From contig CBDFJG010000004.1 of NCBI GenBank assembly GCA_965248445.1, positions 608,001 to 672,000 on the forward strand: a stretch of 64,000 bases of DNA. Direction: 5' to 3'. The first letter of the stretch is position 1; every line of letters starts with the position of its first letter. The position numbers were made by a program, and so were the translations under genes. The notes under the pieces were generated by a model, which saw only the letters and a list, made by a program, of their open reading frames with translations, was not told the DNA's origin and did not search any database. This document shows positions 38,075 to 49,511 of the stretch, piece after piece. This DNA comes from Planctomycetota bacterium. Lineage in GTDB: Bacteria; Planctomycetota; JAJSAM01; JAJVHW01.

Positions 38075-40222
38075 TCAGCGGCGCAGGAGCACAGCGCGGG
38101 CGCGGCGACGGTTGCGCTTGATGGCGTACGCGAGCGGGAGTGTCGCCTCGACGGCGGAGTCGTCGATGAGCACGAACACGGTGGCCTCGCGATAGTCCCG
38201 GCGCGGCTGGGCGTCGGGAGTCAGGTCCTCGTCGGCGAGCGAGGCCGCGAGATCCTGCTTCCGGAGCACCAGTTCGAGACGCGCGTCCTGCGCCGGAACG
38301 ATGCCCTTGCTCTTCTTGACGACGAGTCGCACCTTCGAAGATCCGTCGGCGCCCTTGCCTTTGGCGTCGAGCGTGAACGTGCGCACGACGCCGCCGAGAT
38401 AGACGGACAGAGTCCGGCCGGCCGGATCGAAGCCCTCCGGCACCGCGACGAGTGCGCGGAGTGCGGCCTTGTCGCGGCTGCTCTTGGCGAAGTTGAGCGC
38501 GATGCGGGCGCTGCCCGGAACGAGTGTTCCCGTCCCACCGCTCGCGGGTCGCGATCCGCCGTCGTCGAGCTCGGTCCCGAGAGCGATCTCGAGATCGTCC
38601 GGATAGACGTCCGCGTCGGAGTCGATCTTGGCGAATCCGGCACGCGGGCTCGGCTCCACAGACACGGTTACATCGGCGGCGGCCGACTGCCCGACGTCGT
38701 CGAACACGGTGTACGTGAACGCATCCTCTCCGACGAAGTCGCGCGCCGGCCGGTAGTTCACCGTTCCGTCCTCCAGCACGGACGCGCGGCCGTGCAACGG
38801 CGCGGTGGTCACCTTCACGGTGACGAGCCGGTCCGTCGCGCCGGCGTCGTTCGCCAGGACGTCGATCGTGAGCGACGAGTCCTCAGGTAGCACCCGGAAG
38901 TCGGCGACCGGCGTGATCACGGACGCTTCGGCGGTCAGCGCGATCTCCAGCGTGTAGAGCTGCACCCGGTTCGAACCGTCGCCGCGTACACGGACGGTGT
39001 ACGTGCCCGCGCCCTGCAGGAGTCCGACGTCGAACAGCGACTCGGCGCCACCGGCGGGAGTCGTGTCCGAAGATGCGAGCACGGTGCTGCCATCCGTTCC
39101 GAGCAGCGACATGCGCAAGTCGACACGCGTCAGCGCATTGAACACCTGGCTGGGTCCGCAGCCGCTATTCGACTGCGCGCCGTCGGCGTACGAGCTTCCG
39201 ACGGGCGTCAACACGATGTCCGCGCGCGTCCCGGCGGGAGCCTCGAACGAGTAGTAATCCTGGTCATCGCCGTCGTCGATGCTGACGAGGCGCACGGTGC
39301 GCGTCTCGGCATCCGCCGCGCCGAGTGGCGTCGCCCCGCCCACCGAGTCGTTCGGTTCGTGCGTATCGCCATACAGACGCTGGGCCGCGAGGATGTCGTC
39401 GAGCTGCGGTCCGTCGAACGCACTACCCGTGACCGGTTCCATCAGCTTGGTGCCGTTGACCGGACAGACGTGCCCAAAACCGAGGCCGTGACCGGACTCA
39501 TGGGCGACGGTGTTCCGTAGTCGAAGCGAGTTGCTCGACGTGACGTTGTAGTAGCGGTCCGCCGTGTCGATGACCATGTCGCTCGCGTTCGGGAAGAAGT
39601 TGTACGCGAGCGTCCCGCCGTTGCCGTCGATGCGGTGACCACCGATGCGCACGTCGGCGCGTGTACCGCGGATGCCCGCACGGAAGCCGAGGGGGACGGC
39701 GTCATCGGCCGGCTCGTAGACGTACTTGATGCCGCTGACCTCAGACCACCTCTCGAAGATCTTCTCGAACAGCGCCATCCACGCGCTCTCGCTGCCGTAA
39801 ATCCCGGTGAGGAACGCGCGCAGGTTGCTCGGAGCGGATCCCTCACCGCTGAAGCTGTCGATCATCGTGCCGTCGGGCACGATGCCCCACGTCAGTGTGG
39901 TCTTGTCGCCCTGGCTCAGCCCCGTGCCGTTCGTGGCGGTGGTGCTCCAGCGGGCGCCGTCTGCCGCTTGGTATTGCGCAATCGCCGGGCCCTCCGCGAT
40001 AGCGCACTCGACGGACTCGCGGTAGGAGTCCGGCGTGCCCGGGGCGAAGCAGACCGCAATCGGAAGCCGCGCCGGAGCCGCCTCTGCCTGAGCCACTGCC
40101 TGAACCGCCCGGGCCGGTGCCACCGAGTCTCGGGCCCCGTGGGCCGACACGCTCAGGACCACCGCCGCCACGAGGGCGGTCAGGCGATGGCTGCGTGCTC
40201 GCCGCGAGGGCCGACTCCGCAT
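38075..40222 (-). CDS. Secreted matrixin/M10-like metalloprotease with PPC and Ig-like (Big_9) domains
   Basis: HESGHGLGFGH, Met-turn LMEP, propeptide Cys (CFAPGTP), EPNDS, IDVLAND...FTYTV. Confidence 0.85.
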   Translation of the reverse strand: MRSRPSRRARSHRLTALVAAVVLSVSAHGARDSVAPARAVQAVAQAEAAPARLPIAVCFAPGTPDSYRESVECAIAEGPAIAQYQAADGARWSTTATNGTGLSQGDKTTLTWGIVPDGTMIDSFSGEGSAPSNLRAFLTGIYGSESAWMALFEKIFERWSEVSGIKYVYEPADDAVPLGFRAGIRGTRADVRIGGHRIDGNGGTLAYNFFPNASDMVIDTADRYYNVTSSNSLRLRNTVAHESGHGLGFGHVCPVNGTKLMEPVTGSAFDGPQLDDILAAQRLYGDTHEPNDSVGGATPLGAADAETRTVRLVSIDDGDDQDYYSFEAPAGTRADIVLTPVGSSYADGAQSNSGCGPSQVFNALTRVDLRMSLLGTDGSTVLASSDTTPAGGAESLFDVGLLQGAGTYTVRVRGDGSNRVQLYTLEIALTAEASVITPVADFRVLPEDSSLTIDVLANDAGATDRLVTVKVTTAPLHGRASVLEDGTVNYRPARDFVGEDAFTYTVFDDVGQSAAADVTVSVEPSPRAGFAKIDSDADVYPDDLEIALGTELDDGGSRPASGGTGTLVPGSARIALNFAKSSRDKAALRALVAVPEGFDPAGRTLSVYLGGVVRTFTLDAKGKGADGSSKVRLVVKKSKGIVPAQDARLELVLRKQDLAASLADEDLTPDAQPRRDYREATVFVLIDDSAVEATLPLAYAIKRNRRRARAVLLRR

Positions 40223-40380
40223 GCGTGGGGTCTCCGGGGTGAGGAGCGGTGGCGGCCACCGCTCGGCTTGGGACGTCTCTCTATCTAATCGGTACTCAGA
40301 GGGTCTTGCGGAAGTGTTACGCACGCCCAGGCTCGGCAAGGGGCCGTAGCCTCGGGCGGAGGAGTCGCGAGGAGCTGATC

Positions 40381-40770
40381 ATGTCCGTGAGACGCCGCCC
40401 CGGGCCCGACCCGGATCTGCTGTTCTGCTCGAACTGCCACGTCTCGATCCCCCGCGGCGAGGTGCAGCGGGATGCCCTCCAACAGTGCCGCGCCGGTGGG
40501 CTGCTGTGCGCGCTGTGCTCCCAGACCTCGCCGGCCCGGAGAGAGGCGCGTCGTGCCGCACTGGAGGCCGAGTTCGCCGACGAGGCGCCGGTCCCGCTCC
40601 CGCTGCCCGAAGAGGGGACAACGACGGACGCCGCGCCCGGATCGCGTGATGGGGAGTTCGACGCCCGCCTGGCGAACCTCGAGCGCGGGAGCTTCTACAT
40701 GAACAAGCGACTCGACGACATCGTGCAGAGGCTCGACAAACTGGCCGGGGGACGCGCCCCCGTAGAGTGA
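40381..40770 (+). CDS. Small zinc-finger/coiled-coil hypothetical protein
   Basis: CSNC...CALC, AGGAG SD before ATG 40381. Confidence 0.6.
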   Translation: MSVRRRPGPDPDLLFCSNCHVSIPRGEVQRDALQQCRAGGLLCALCSQTSPARREARRAALEAEFADEAPVPLPLPEEGTTTDAAPGSRDGEFDARLANLERGSFYMNKRLDDIVQRLDKLAGGRAPVE

Positions 40771-40774
40771 GGGC

Positions 40775-42411
40775 GTGACACGTTCGCTCGCCCTCGGCCT
40801 GGTCGTCGGAGCTGCCGCGGGTCTCGTTGCCGGGTTCGTTGCCGGGCGGATGACCGCGGAGCGTCCATCGCAGAACGCGCACGTCGCCGGCGGTGTGGAG
40901 ACCATGGCGAACCGGGTCGCGGGTCGCGCGCCTGCCCCGCGCGCCGCACGCCTGCGCGTCACCCCGGAAACCGCACGCGGTGGCGCACCGGGCGGGTCGA
41001 TGGTCTCCGCCGCACCTGCCGTCCCGCCTCCGCCTTCCAAGCCGGTCTCGTCCGCCCGACCACCACCCCAGGGACCGCAGTGGGATCAATGGACGGAAGC
41101 GCAGTTCCTCGACGCACTGGAACGAGCGGCCCGCGGCCACCGGATCGAGTACTCGTTCAATGTGATGACGCACCTCCGGCGCCGGTTCCCGAACGCGCGC
41201 GTGTCCCTCGCACTCGCCACCGCCTTGATCGAAGCGGGCGAGCACTTCGACGTGAACCATGCCACGCAGTCGTTCACGGGCAGAGAGCTGCAAATCGCGC
41301 TCGAACGCGCTGCCCGGGGCTCCTCTGAGAATCGCGCCGAATGGGCGTTCGCGCAAACGGCTGCCAGTCACGCCAATGCGCGCGGGCTCTCCGTCGGCGA
41401 CGCGCTGCGGAGCGACCTCCTGTCTCACGACATGCCGTTCGTGCGCACCGCCGGCCTCTCTCTCGCGTACAGCGATCCTGGCGCGCAGCGCGATCGAATC
41501 CGCAGGATGGGGGCGAGCGATCCGGACGTGAGCGTGCGGGCGTATGCGCTGAACGTGCTGATGGACAGCGTGTCGGGGATGGACCCCGAGGCTCCGGGCC
41601 TGTTGCTCGATGCGCTCGCGAACGGGACGTCCGAGCTGCGGATGAGCGTCCTGCACCTGGTGCCGCTGATGGGGCCGGACGCGGCGGACCACGCGCTCCG
41701 GCTCCTCGTGGACGAGGGGTACGCGGCCGGCGGCGAGGAGGTCAGCCCCTCGTCGAGGCGGTGATGATGGGAGGCCTGACCGGCAGGCTCGTCGCCGCGC
41801 ACCCGCCGCGCGAGCTCATCCGGATCATCGCGGATTACATGCCGAGCATCTTCGAGACGGATCCCGCGCTCGGACCCACCTTCGAGCCGCACCTTCCGGC
41901 GATCGCAGCAGCACTGAGCACAGAGTCTCTCGAGGAGTTCTACGGAGACGCCGCACGAATGGGATTCACGTCGTGGGTCGGACGGGAAGCGGCGTCGACG
42001 GATCGCTCGGCATCGCGCCGGCGCCTTGCATTCGCCGCGGCGTGGGACGCTTCGAGCGACGACGACACCCTGGCGCCGTGGTTCGTGGACCTCGCCCGCA
42101 CCGTCCTCTGGGACCGCACGGCGCCGCTCGAGATACAGCGGGAAGCGCTGGAAGCGCTGAGGGGGGACGACCGGACGAGGCCGGAGATCATCACCGATCA
42201 ACTCCGCATCCTGCGCGATCACTCGACGCGCCCGGGACTGCGTCTCTACGTGCTGCAGGCCCTGAGCGAGCAGCTGGGCGATGAGGACTTCGAGGCCCGC
42301 CGCGCGGAGATCGAAACGGCGTTCCGCGACGTCTTCAGGAACGACCCGAGCACCTGGGTGCGCGGCGCGGCGGAGGACCGTCTGCGCGAGGAGTGGCCGG
42401 AGGACGACTAG
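40775..42411 (+). CDS. Membrane-anchored HEAT-like protein, frameshifted at the C4 tract near 41746
   Basis: One extra C gives GGEEVSPLVEAVMMGG and joins the two ORFs; the end has a DPSTWVRGAA repeat. Confidence 0.6.
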
Positions 42412-42457
42412 GCGACCGTCACTTCGAGGCCGTGTCCGCGCGCGTCTCGACCGGTAG

Positions 42458-43546
42458 CTACTCGGGGATGCTCTCGCTGTCGAAGTCGTTGTCCGAGTAC
42501 GTGGTCGCGCCTGGCAACGTCGTGTCCTCCACGCCGAACCCCTTGCTCTTCGTGGTCGTGTTCCGCGTGAGGGCGGTGCCCACGTTGTTGATCTCGAAGC
42601 CGTTGCCCTTCGCCTTCGTGACGACGCCGTCGGTGAGGGAGTTCTCGACGCCCTCGACGTCGAACCCGTCGTCCTTGGGCTTGATCGCCGTGTTCTCCTC
42701 GAACGTGTTGCCGCTGCCGGTGCAGTAGAACCCGTCGAACTTCGGCTTCGTCGCCGTGTTGCGACGCAGGGTGTTCCCGTTCCCGACGATCGCGAACGCG
42801 TCGTCGCCCGTCTTCTGCGCCACGTTGTCCTCGACCGTGTGCGAGGAACCGTTGATCACGAACCCACGGAATGCCGGCTTCTTCACGATGTTGTTGCGCA
42901 CCGTCGCGCCACTTTGGCCGGATGCGCTCTCGTCGAATTCGACTCCGTCTTCAGCGACCTTGCTGATCACGTTGTCCGAGATCACCGCATCGTCGCCGTT
43001 CAGGTCGATGCCGTCGTCACCGCACTTCGAGATCTTGCAGCCGGTGACCGTGACGTCGCTGACCTCCGTGGACCCGACTCCGAACGACATGCCGTCGTGG
43101 CCCGTCTTCTTGATCGTGCAACCCTGGACGCGAATCACGCTCGAGCCGGTCGCGAAGACCCCCGACACCGCTGAAGCCGTGATCTTGCAGCCGATGATCG
43201 CGACATCCGTGGCCGCGAGGATGTGCACTCCGTGGGTGCCCGCCTTCTTGATGGAGAACCCCTCCACGACGATCCCGATCGAGTCGTTGATCGTCACGCC
43301 GGCACCGTTCCCACCCGCATCGATCGTCGCCTTCTTGAGCGCCCGCAGCGTGACGTTCGACTTGCCGAGGAAGAGCACGTTCTCCTTGTACTTACCCTTC
43401 GAGACCGCGACGACGTCGCCGCCGACCGCGGCGTTGACCGCCTCTTGGATCGTGTCGAAGTCTCCGGGTACCGAGATCGTCTCGGCGATCGCGACGGTCG
43501 GAAGTGCAAACAGGGTCAGTGCGGCGGCGAGTGCGTGCGTTCTCAT
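42458..43546 (-). CDS. Secreted right-handed beta-helix protein
   Basis: VPGDFDTIQEAVNAA..GD.V.V..G.Y.E followed by PbH1-like repeats. Confidence 0.85.
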   Translation of the reverse strand: MRTHALAAALTLFALPTVAIAETISVPGDFDTIQEAVNAAVGGDVVAVSKGKYKENVLFLGKSNVTLRALKKATIDAGGNGAGVTINDSIGIVVEGFSIKKAGTHGVHILAATDVAIIGCKITASAVSGVFATGSSVIRVQGCTIKKTGHDGMSFGVGSTEVSDVTVTGCKISKCGDDGIDLNGDDAVISDNVISKVAEDGVEFDESASGQSGATVRNNIVKKPAFRGFVINGSSHTVEDNVAQKTGDDAFAIVGNGNTLRRNTATKPKFDGFYCTGSGNTFEENTAIKPKDDGFDVEGVENSLTDGVVTKAKGNGFEINNVGTALTRNTTTKSKGFGVEDTTLPGATTYSDNDFDSESIPE

Positions 43547-43603
43547 GGTTCCCTCCACGTCGGCCAAGCATAGCGACACAGCGATGCGTTAGCGTCGTGC
43601 GCC

Positions 43604-44395
43604 GTGACGACCAGCTACGACGACCACCCCTGGCTCTACGACGCGGCGTTCTCGTGGGACGTCACCGACGAGGTGGTGTGGCTCCGCGAGCGCTTCGGGC
43701 CCGGGGCCCGGTCCGTCCTCGAGCCCGCCTGCGGCTCGGGTCGGATGCTGGCGGGTCTCGCGCGCGCCGGACTCGACGTCGCCGGGTTCGATCGGTCCGC
43801 CTCGATGCTGGCGCGGGCACGGGCGCGCTTCGACGAAGACGGACTCCCCCCTCCTCTGCTCCTCGACGGCGAGCTCTCGGCCTGCGGCGGCCTCGAGTTC
43901 GGGCGCGCGTTCGACGCGGCGGTCATCCCGCTCGGCACGTTCGGCTACCTGACCGAGGACGCCGCCGCGGCGGCGCACCTGGAAGGCGTCGCCCGGCACC
44001 TACGGTCGGGATCGAAGTACTTGATCCAGTACGAGCTGAACGACCTCGGCACGTTCACGCCTCGGGAACCCGGGCCGACATGCCAGTGGGAGATGCCCCG
44101 CCCGCAAGGCAGCGTGCGCTGCACGGTCTTCGGCCGCGACTGGGACGCGACCACAGGCGTGACGACCGAGATCCAACGCTACGAGGTGCTCGACGGGCCG
44201 GACGCCGGCCTCGTGCGGGAGAGCGAGCATCGCCTCGGCGTGCGGGGCTGGGAGGGGTGGCGCGCACTGATCGACGCGTCCCCGTTCACGCAGACTGCCG
44301 CCTACGACGGAAACGCCCGCGACCGCGCCGCGCTGCCCGTCGGTGCGGCGCTGGAAGACCGTCTACTCGTGTGGCAGGAACTGACACTCGCTTGA
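43604..44395 (+). CDS. Class I SAM-dependent methyltransferase
   Basis: VLEPACGSGR, GFDRSASML and FDAAV motifs. Confidence 0.88.
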   Translation: MTTSYDDHPWLYDAAFSWDVTDEVVWLRERFGPGARSVLEPACGSGRMLAGLARAGLDVAGFDRSASMLARARARFDEDGLPPPLLLDGELSACGGLEFGRAFDAAVIPLGTFGYLTEDAAAAAHLEGVARHLRSGSKYLIQYELNDLGTFTPREPGPTCQWEMPRPQGSVRCTVFGRDWDATTGVTTEIQRYEVLDGPDAGLVRESEHRLGVRGWEGWRALIDASPFTQTAAYDGNARDRAALPVGAALEDRLLVWQELTLA

Positions 44396-44455
44396 CTCGG
44401 GCTTCACTGTGTCGGCTATCGTCTGGGGTTCATCCGTCAACACGAGGAGACCGGC

Positions 44456-44956
44456 ATGACACCTGAACAGATCAACTACCGCAGGCAGCTCTTGCTCGAC
44501 AAGTGCAAGGGTGAGGACGCGCTCACGCTCAAGGCGATGGAGGCCCTGCCCGCCGACAAGTTCGGCTGGAAGCCCGACCACGAAAAGTGCTGGCCCGCGG
44601 GTGAGCTCGCGATGCACTCGGTCGGCGCGGCGAACTTCTTCCTCGCGCTCGCAAAGGGCGAGACGCCCCCCAGCGAAGCGCCGCCCGGCCCGAGCGACAA
44701 GGCAGGGATGCTCGCGGCAGCCGGCGCAATCCAGGCGCAGTACCGCAGCGAGATCGCCGAGATGAGCACGGAGCAACTCGGCACCGAACTCGATTTCATG
44801 GGTCAGACGTTCTCGGCGCTCGACGTGCTCGAGTGGCACCCGTGGCACATGGTCCACCACCGCGGGCAGTTCCTGATGTACCTGCGGCTGATGGGCGCAA
44901 AGGTGCCGTCGACGTACGGTCCGTCCGGCGACGAGGACTACACAGGCGAGGCGTAG
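44456..44956 (+). CDS. DinB family protein
   Basis: ELAMH...HMVHHRGQFLMYLRLMG.KVPSTYGPS. Confidence 0.88.
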   Translation: MTPEQINYRRQLLLDKCKGEDALTLKAMEALPADKFGWKPDHEKCWPAGELAMHSVGAANFFLALAKGETPPSEAPPGPSDKAGMLAAAGAIQAQYRSEIAEMSTEQLGTELDFMGQTFSALDVLEWHPWHMVHHRGQFLMYLRLMGAKVPSTYGPSGDEDYTGEA

Positions 44957-45044
44957 GCCCGGATCAACGCGTATCGGGCGGCGTGTCGGCGTTGGCGAAA
45001 GCGCCCCGCGTGTCAACCGGACAAGTGCCGCGTACCATGTGGTC

Positions 45045-46187
45045 ATGCACCGGGCAGGGCTCAGAGGACTCCTCGTCGCTGCGGCGGCGACCGGGCTGCT
45101 TGCAGGCGGATCGCTCGAGGCCAAGGACTCGGCAGAGAAGGCCGCCGCGCGGCGGGCCCGGGCCATGCTCGCCCAGACGGAGGGCCTGGCTGTCTTCCTC
45201 GGGACCATCGAGGACGCGCGCAAGGAGGCCCTCGACCGCAACGTACCTCTCCTTGTGCATCTGATGGTCGACACGGAGGTGTGCAGCACCGCCTACCTCA
45301 GCAACGTAATCGGGGACACGACGCTTGCGTCCATGAGCGAACGCGCGATCGTGGTGATCGGGAGCGACGGCGACCACGGGCAGGTCAGGCTGACCGATAA
45401 GGTGAACGGCAAGCCGGTGTCGCGGATGGTCTGTCCCACGCTGCCGTGGTTCGAGAACTGTGCAGCGCATGCGACCTCCCGCGACAACTCGTGGATCGCG
45501 TACAAGGACGCCGACGGCGAGATGCGCGCACCGCAGACGATCATCGAACTCGCCGAGGGTGGGATCTCGTTCCGGCACGATACGACGGTCTGCCCGCCGG
45601 TCGGTCCGATCATCGGCGCGCTGGGCGAAGCGCAGGAGACGTCGGGACACGGGATGACGGCGCGCGAGCACGCAGAAGTGCTCGTGCGGCGCGAACGCGG
45701 GCTGAAGGCGCTCAAGGCAGGCGATTGGGGCGCGGCATTCGGCGACCTTTGGCGCGCTCGAAAGCTCGCACAGAACGGCACGCTCGCGCGGCTTGTCGCC
45801 GAGGAGTTGGCGATCGCCGCCGACGAGATCGAGCAGTTGATCGGTGACTGGAGCCCGAAGCTCGTGGCCGGCACCGAGGTGGAAGCGTTCGAGAAGCTGG
45901 CCGGTCTCGAACCGCACATCGCCGGAACGAAGTGGGAGAAGTCCGTCGGTAAGTCGCTCGACGAAGCCGAACGCGACCAGTCGCTCACGCCTCTGCTAGC
46001 GGGCCCGATCCTCGCGCGCGAAGCGGAGAAGCTGTGGAGCGCGTACGAGGCGGCCGTCACCGCGACAAAGGACCGGAAGGCGACGAGCACACTCCGCAAG
46101 CTGCTCGACAAGAAGTACGCCGAGACACCCGCTGGCACGCGCGCAGCCGAGGCGAACCCGGATCTCGCCCGCAAGGTCCGTCGCTAG
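45045..46187 (+). CDS. Secreted hypothetical protein, thioredoxin-like N-domain plus helical C-domain
   Basis: Signal peptide, IEDARKEALDRNVPLLV, C-terminal KYAETPAG..A. TACCAT 6 nt before ATG. Confidence 0.55.
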   Translation: MHRAGLRGLLVAAAATGLLAGGSLEAKDSAEKAAARRARAMLAQTEGLAVFLGTIEDARKEALDRNVPLLVHLMVDTEVCSTAYLSNVIGDTTLASMSERAIVVIGSDGDHGQVRLTDKVNGKPVSRMVCPTLPWFENCAAHATSRDNSWIAYKDADGEMRAPQTIIELAEGGISFRHDTTVCPPVGPIIGALGEAQETSGHGMTAREHAEVLVRRERGLKALKAGDWGAAFGDLWRARKLAQNGTLARLVAEELAIAADEIEQLIGDWSPKLVAGTEVEAFEKLAGLEPHIAGTKWEKSVGKSLDEAERDQSLTPLLAGPILAREAEKLWSAYEAAVTATKDRKATSTLRKLLDKKYAETPAGTRAAEANPDLARKVRR

Positions 46188-49100
46188 GCGCTGCCGAAGA
46201 GCCTTGTCCGAACGCGAAGCGTCAGATGGAACAGCGTCGGGACGAGCAGCATCGTGAAGAACGTCGAGACGACGAGGCCACCGAGCACCACGCTCCCGAG
46301 TCCCCGGTAGAGCTCGCTCCCCGCGCCCGGTGAGACGACCAACGGCAGAAGGCCGAACACGGTCGTGAACGTCGTCATGAAGATCGGCCGCATGCGCGTG
46401 CGGACACCGTCCTGAATCGCCTGCGACGGATCCACGCCCTCCTTCATCCGCTGAAGGGACTGGTGCACGATCAAGATCGGGTTGTTCACGACAGTGCCGA
46501 TCAGGATTACGAATCCGAGCATCGTCAGAACGTCGAGAGACTGCGGAATGAAGAGGTTGAGCAGCGCCAGCCCAACGATCCCGCCCGCGGCGCCGAGCGG
46601 CACCGCGACGATGATCACGAACGGGTACAGCCAGGACTCGAAGAGCGCGGCCATCAGCAGGTACGTGATCAGGAGGGCGAGAACGAGGTTGAAGCCGAGC
46701 GCGTCGGCGGTTGCGTTGAGTTTGTCGGCTGTCCCCGAGAGGTTGATGCGCACGGTGTCGGGCACGGAGCCCTCGGCCAGGATGGGCCCGACGATCTGTG
46801 ACTCGATCTTCTCGATCGCTTCCTCGAGCGGGAACGTCGGGGGCGGTGTGACCTGGATCGAGATGGTGCGCTGGCGTTCACGGTGGTTGATCTGCTCGGG
46901 GCCGCTCGCGAGAGAGACGTTCGCGATCGACGACAGCGGCACGAGGTCACCCGTCGACGTAGCAATGGGTAGCGCCTGGATGTCCTCGACGCTCCGTGCG
47001 AACTCGTAGCGCCCGACGATGGACAGGTCGATCTCGTCGCCGTCGACGTAGTAGTCCGACGCGAACGCTCCGTCCACGAGTGCGTCCACGGTGTAGCCGA
47101 GCTCGGCCGCACTGATCCCGAGCTGCGCCGCGTTCTCCCACTTGGGGCGAACGTGCACCTCCGGATTGGAGAGGTCGAGACTCGGCACCGGGAACGCCTG
47201 CGCCCCCGGCACGACGCCGGGCACCGTGCCCATCACGCGGCCTCCGATGCCGACGAGCACCTCGAGGTCCGGACCCGTGATCTCGATGTCCACCGTGCGG
47301 CCCGCGGAGAGACCCTGCTCGAAGATGCTCGACTGCTTCGCGACGCCGAACGTCCCGGGGAGCGAGAACGCGAGGCCCTGGATCAGTGGAACCAGCTCAC
47401 CGGAGCGCAGCGGATCCTGCGCGCGGATGCCCAGGAACACCGAGCGGCCGCGCGCCACGTAGAAGAAGTCCCGGATGGCCGGGAAGTCGAGCTCGGCCGC
47501 GCGCGGATCGCCGGGATCCATGTCCCAGTACGGTCGCGTCGCCGCTTCGATCGTCTCGCCCATGGCAACGAGTTCGTCGAGGTTGTAGCCGGGAGGCGGC
47601 AGCAGGATCCCGAACACGAGATTGCGGTTCCCGGTCGGGAGGTACTCCATCTTCGGCGTGAGCAGCCAGGTGCCGACGATCGCGCCGACGATAAAAAGAA
47701 GCACGACCGCGAGTTCCAGCATCCAGCTGCGCTGGAGCCAAGCGTTCACCGAGACCACGCTCTCGACGCACCACTTGCCGAAGTCGTCGATGAACTGGAG
47801 CCGCGCGCGCCTCGGTTGGCGTGGTGGCAACGACGCGGGTTCTTCGCCGCTCGGTGCGTGCTCCTTCAGGATGCGGGAGGTCGCCGTCGAGATGACCGTC
47901 GCGGACACGATCATGGAGATCGCCACGGCGGAGCCGATCGCGAGCGCGATGTCGCGGAACAACTGCCCCGCTTCTTCCTCGACGAAGAGGACCGGCACGA
48001 ACACGGCCAGCGTCGTGAGCGTGGACGCGAAGACGGCGCCCCACACTTCCTGCGTGCCCTTGATCGCGGCATCGCGCGGGGAAGCGCCCGCCTGGTAGTG
48101 CCGGTAGATGTTCTCCAGCACGACGACTGCGTTGTCGACGAGCATCCCGACCGCGAACGCCAGTCCCGCGAGGCTGATGACGTTCAGCGAGCGTCCCAGC
48201 AGACCGAGCACGAGGAAGCTGCCGATGAGGCTGGTCGGAATGGCGAGCGCGATGACCAGCGTCGAGCGCGCGCTGCGGAGGAACACCAGCAGAACGAGAA
48301 TCGTGAGCAGGCCACCGATGACGATGCTCTGGTTCACGAGCCCAACGGCCGACTCGATGTACTCGGTCTCGTCGTACACCAGTTCGAGCTGCAAGCCGCG
48401 GGCGGCGAGGACGCCCTCGTCCAGCTCGTGCATCGCCTCGCGCAGTCCGGCCATGACGTCGAGGACGTTCGCGCCGGCCTCACGCTGGCAGTTCACGGCG
48501 ATCGCCGACTCACCGAAGTTCCGGACGATGCCGGTGGCCTTTTTGTATCCGAGCCGCACCTCGGCCACGTCGCGCACGTACACCGGGATGCCATCCCGCT
48601 CAGCGACGATCGTGGACTCCACGTCGGCGGGCGACTCGAACTGACCGAGTGTGCGGACTGTGTAGCGCCGCTTGCCGTCGTCGAAGTCGCCACCCGAGGT
48701 GTCCTGGTTGCGAGCGCGCAGCGCGGTGCGCAGATCACCCACCGTGACGGCGCGGGCGGCGAGCGCGGACGGGTCCACGATGACCTGGAGCTCGCGGTCG
48801 CGGCCGCCGAACACGTTCGAGTTGCTGACGCCGGCGACCCGCTCGAAGCGCGCCTCGATCTGGTCCTCGGCGAACTTCCGGTACGTGGCGACGTCGACGT
48901 CCGGAGGGAGGAGCGCGGAGACACCTGGATGCGTCCCGGCCGCAAGACGCAGGCGGCTCATGCGGAGCCCGGAGCTGGCGGCGCGCGCGGCTCCGGCGAG
49001 CGAGTCCGCAAACTCCGGATGCGCGTCTGCGAACTCCTGCACCGCTTCGCGCGTGGGAACGCGCTGTCGCAGGATGAACCACGCGATCGGGTTCGCGCTG

Positions 49101-49495
49101 GAGCTCGACGTCGTGATGACGGGCTCCTGTGCCTCCTCCGGGTAGTCGCGCACCTGCTGCAGGCGCGAGCTGACCTTGAGCAGTGCGGAGTCCATGTCGG
49201 TGCCGACGATGAACTCAAGCGTCACGGTCGCCGTCGAGTCGGCGCTCTGCGAGCTGAGCTTCGCGAGACCCTCGACGCTCTTCAGCTGCTCTTCCTGCGG
49301 CTGGACGATCTCGCGCTCGACCTCTTGCGGGCTGGCACCCGGCCAGAGCGTCTCGACACTGATCGTGGGCGTCTGCACCTCGGGCGTGAGCTGCATCGGC
49401 ATCGCGACGAGCGCGATCGTGCCGAACAGTGCAACCAGAAGCACACCCACCGCCACCTTGACGGGGTTGTTGACGAACGCTGCGACCAGGCCCAC
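46184..49495 (-). CDS. RND efflux transporter permease (AcrB/AcrD/AcrF family)
   Basis: GMLVDNAVVVLENI, STLTTLAVF, GTVVNN and RMRPIFMT motifs, 1103 aa. Confidence 0.95.
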   Translation of the reverse strand: MGLVAAFVNNPVKVAVGVLLVALFGTIALVAMPMQLTPEVQTPTISVETLWPGASPQEVEREIVQPQEEQLKSVEGLAKLSSQSADSTATVTLEFIVGTDMDSALLKVSSRLQQVRDYPEEAQEPVITTSSSSANPIAWFILRQRVPTREAVQEFADAHPEFADSLAGAARAASSGLRMSRLRLAAGTHPGVSALLPPDVDVATYRKFAEDQIEARFERVAGVSNSNVFGGRDRELQVIVDPSALAARAVTVGDLRTALRARNQDTSGGDFDDGKRRYTVRTLGQFESPADVESTIVAERDGIPVYVRDVAEVRLGYKKATGIVRNFGESAIAVNCQREAGANVLDVMAGLREAMHELDEGVLAARGLQLELVYDETEYIESAVGLVNQSIVIGGLLTILVLLVFLRSARSTLVIALAIPTSLIGSFLVLGLLGRSLNVISLAGLAFAVGMLVDNAVVVLENIYRHYQAGASPRDAAIKGTQEVWGAVFASTLTTLAVFVPVLFVEEEAGQLFRDIALAIGSAVAISMIVSATVISTATSRILKEHAPSGEEPASLPPRQPRRARLQFIDDFGKWCVESVVSVNAWLQRSWMLELAVVLLFIVGAIVGTWLLTPKMEYLPTGNRNLVFGILLPPPGYNLDELVAMGETIEAATRPYWDMDPGDPRAAELDFPAIRDFFYVARGRSVFLGIRAQDPLRSGELVPLIQGLAFSLPGTFGVAKQSSIFEQGLSAGRTVDIEITGPDLEVLVGIGGRVMGTVPGVVPGAQAFPVPSLDLSNPEVHVRPKWENAAQLGISAAELGYTVDALVDGAFASDYYVDGDEIDLSIVGRYEFARSVEDIQALPIATSTGDLVPLSSIANVSLASGPEQINHRERQRTISIQVTPPPTFPLEEAIEKIESQIVGPILAEGSVPDTVRINLSGTADKLNATADALGFNLVLALLITYLLMAALFESWLYPFVIIVAVPLGAAGGIVGLALLNLFIPQSLDVLTMLGFVILIGTVVNNPILIVHQSLQRMKEGVDPSQAIQDGVRTRMRPIFMTTFTTVFGLLPLVVSPGAGSELYRGLGSVVLGGLVVSTFFTMLLVPTLFHLTLRVRTRLFGSA

Positions 49496-49511
49496 GGGTG
49501 CGCTCGCCGTC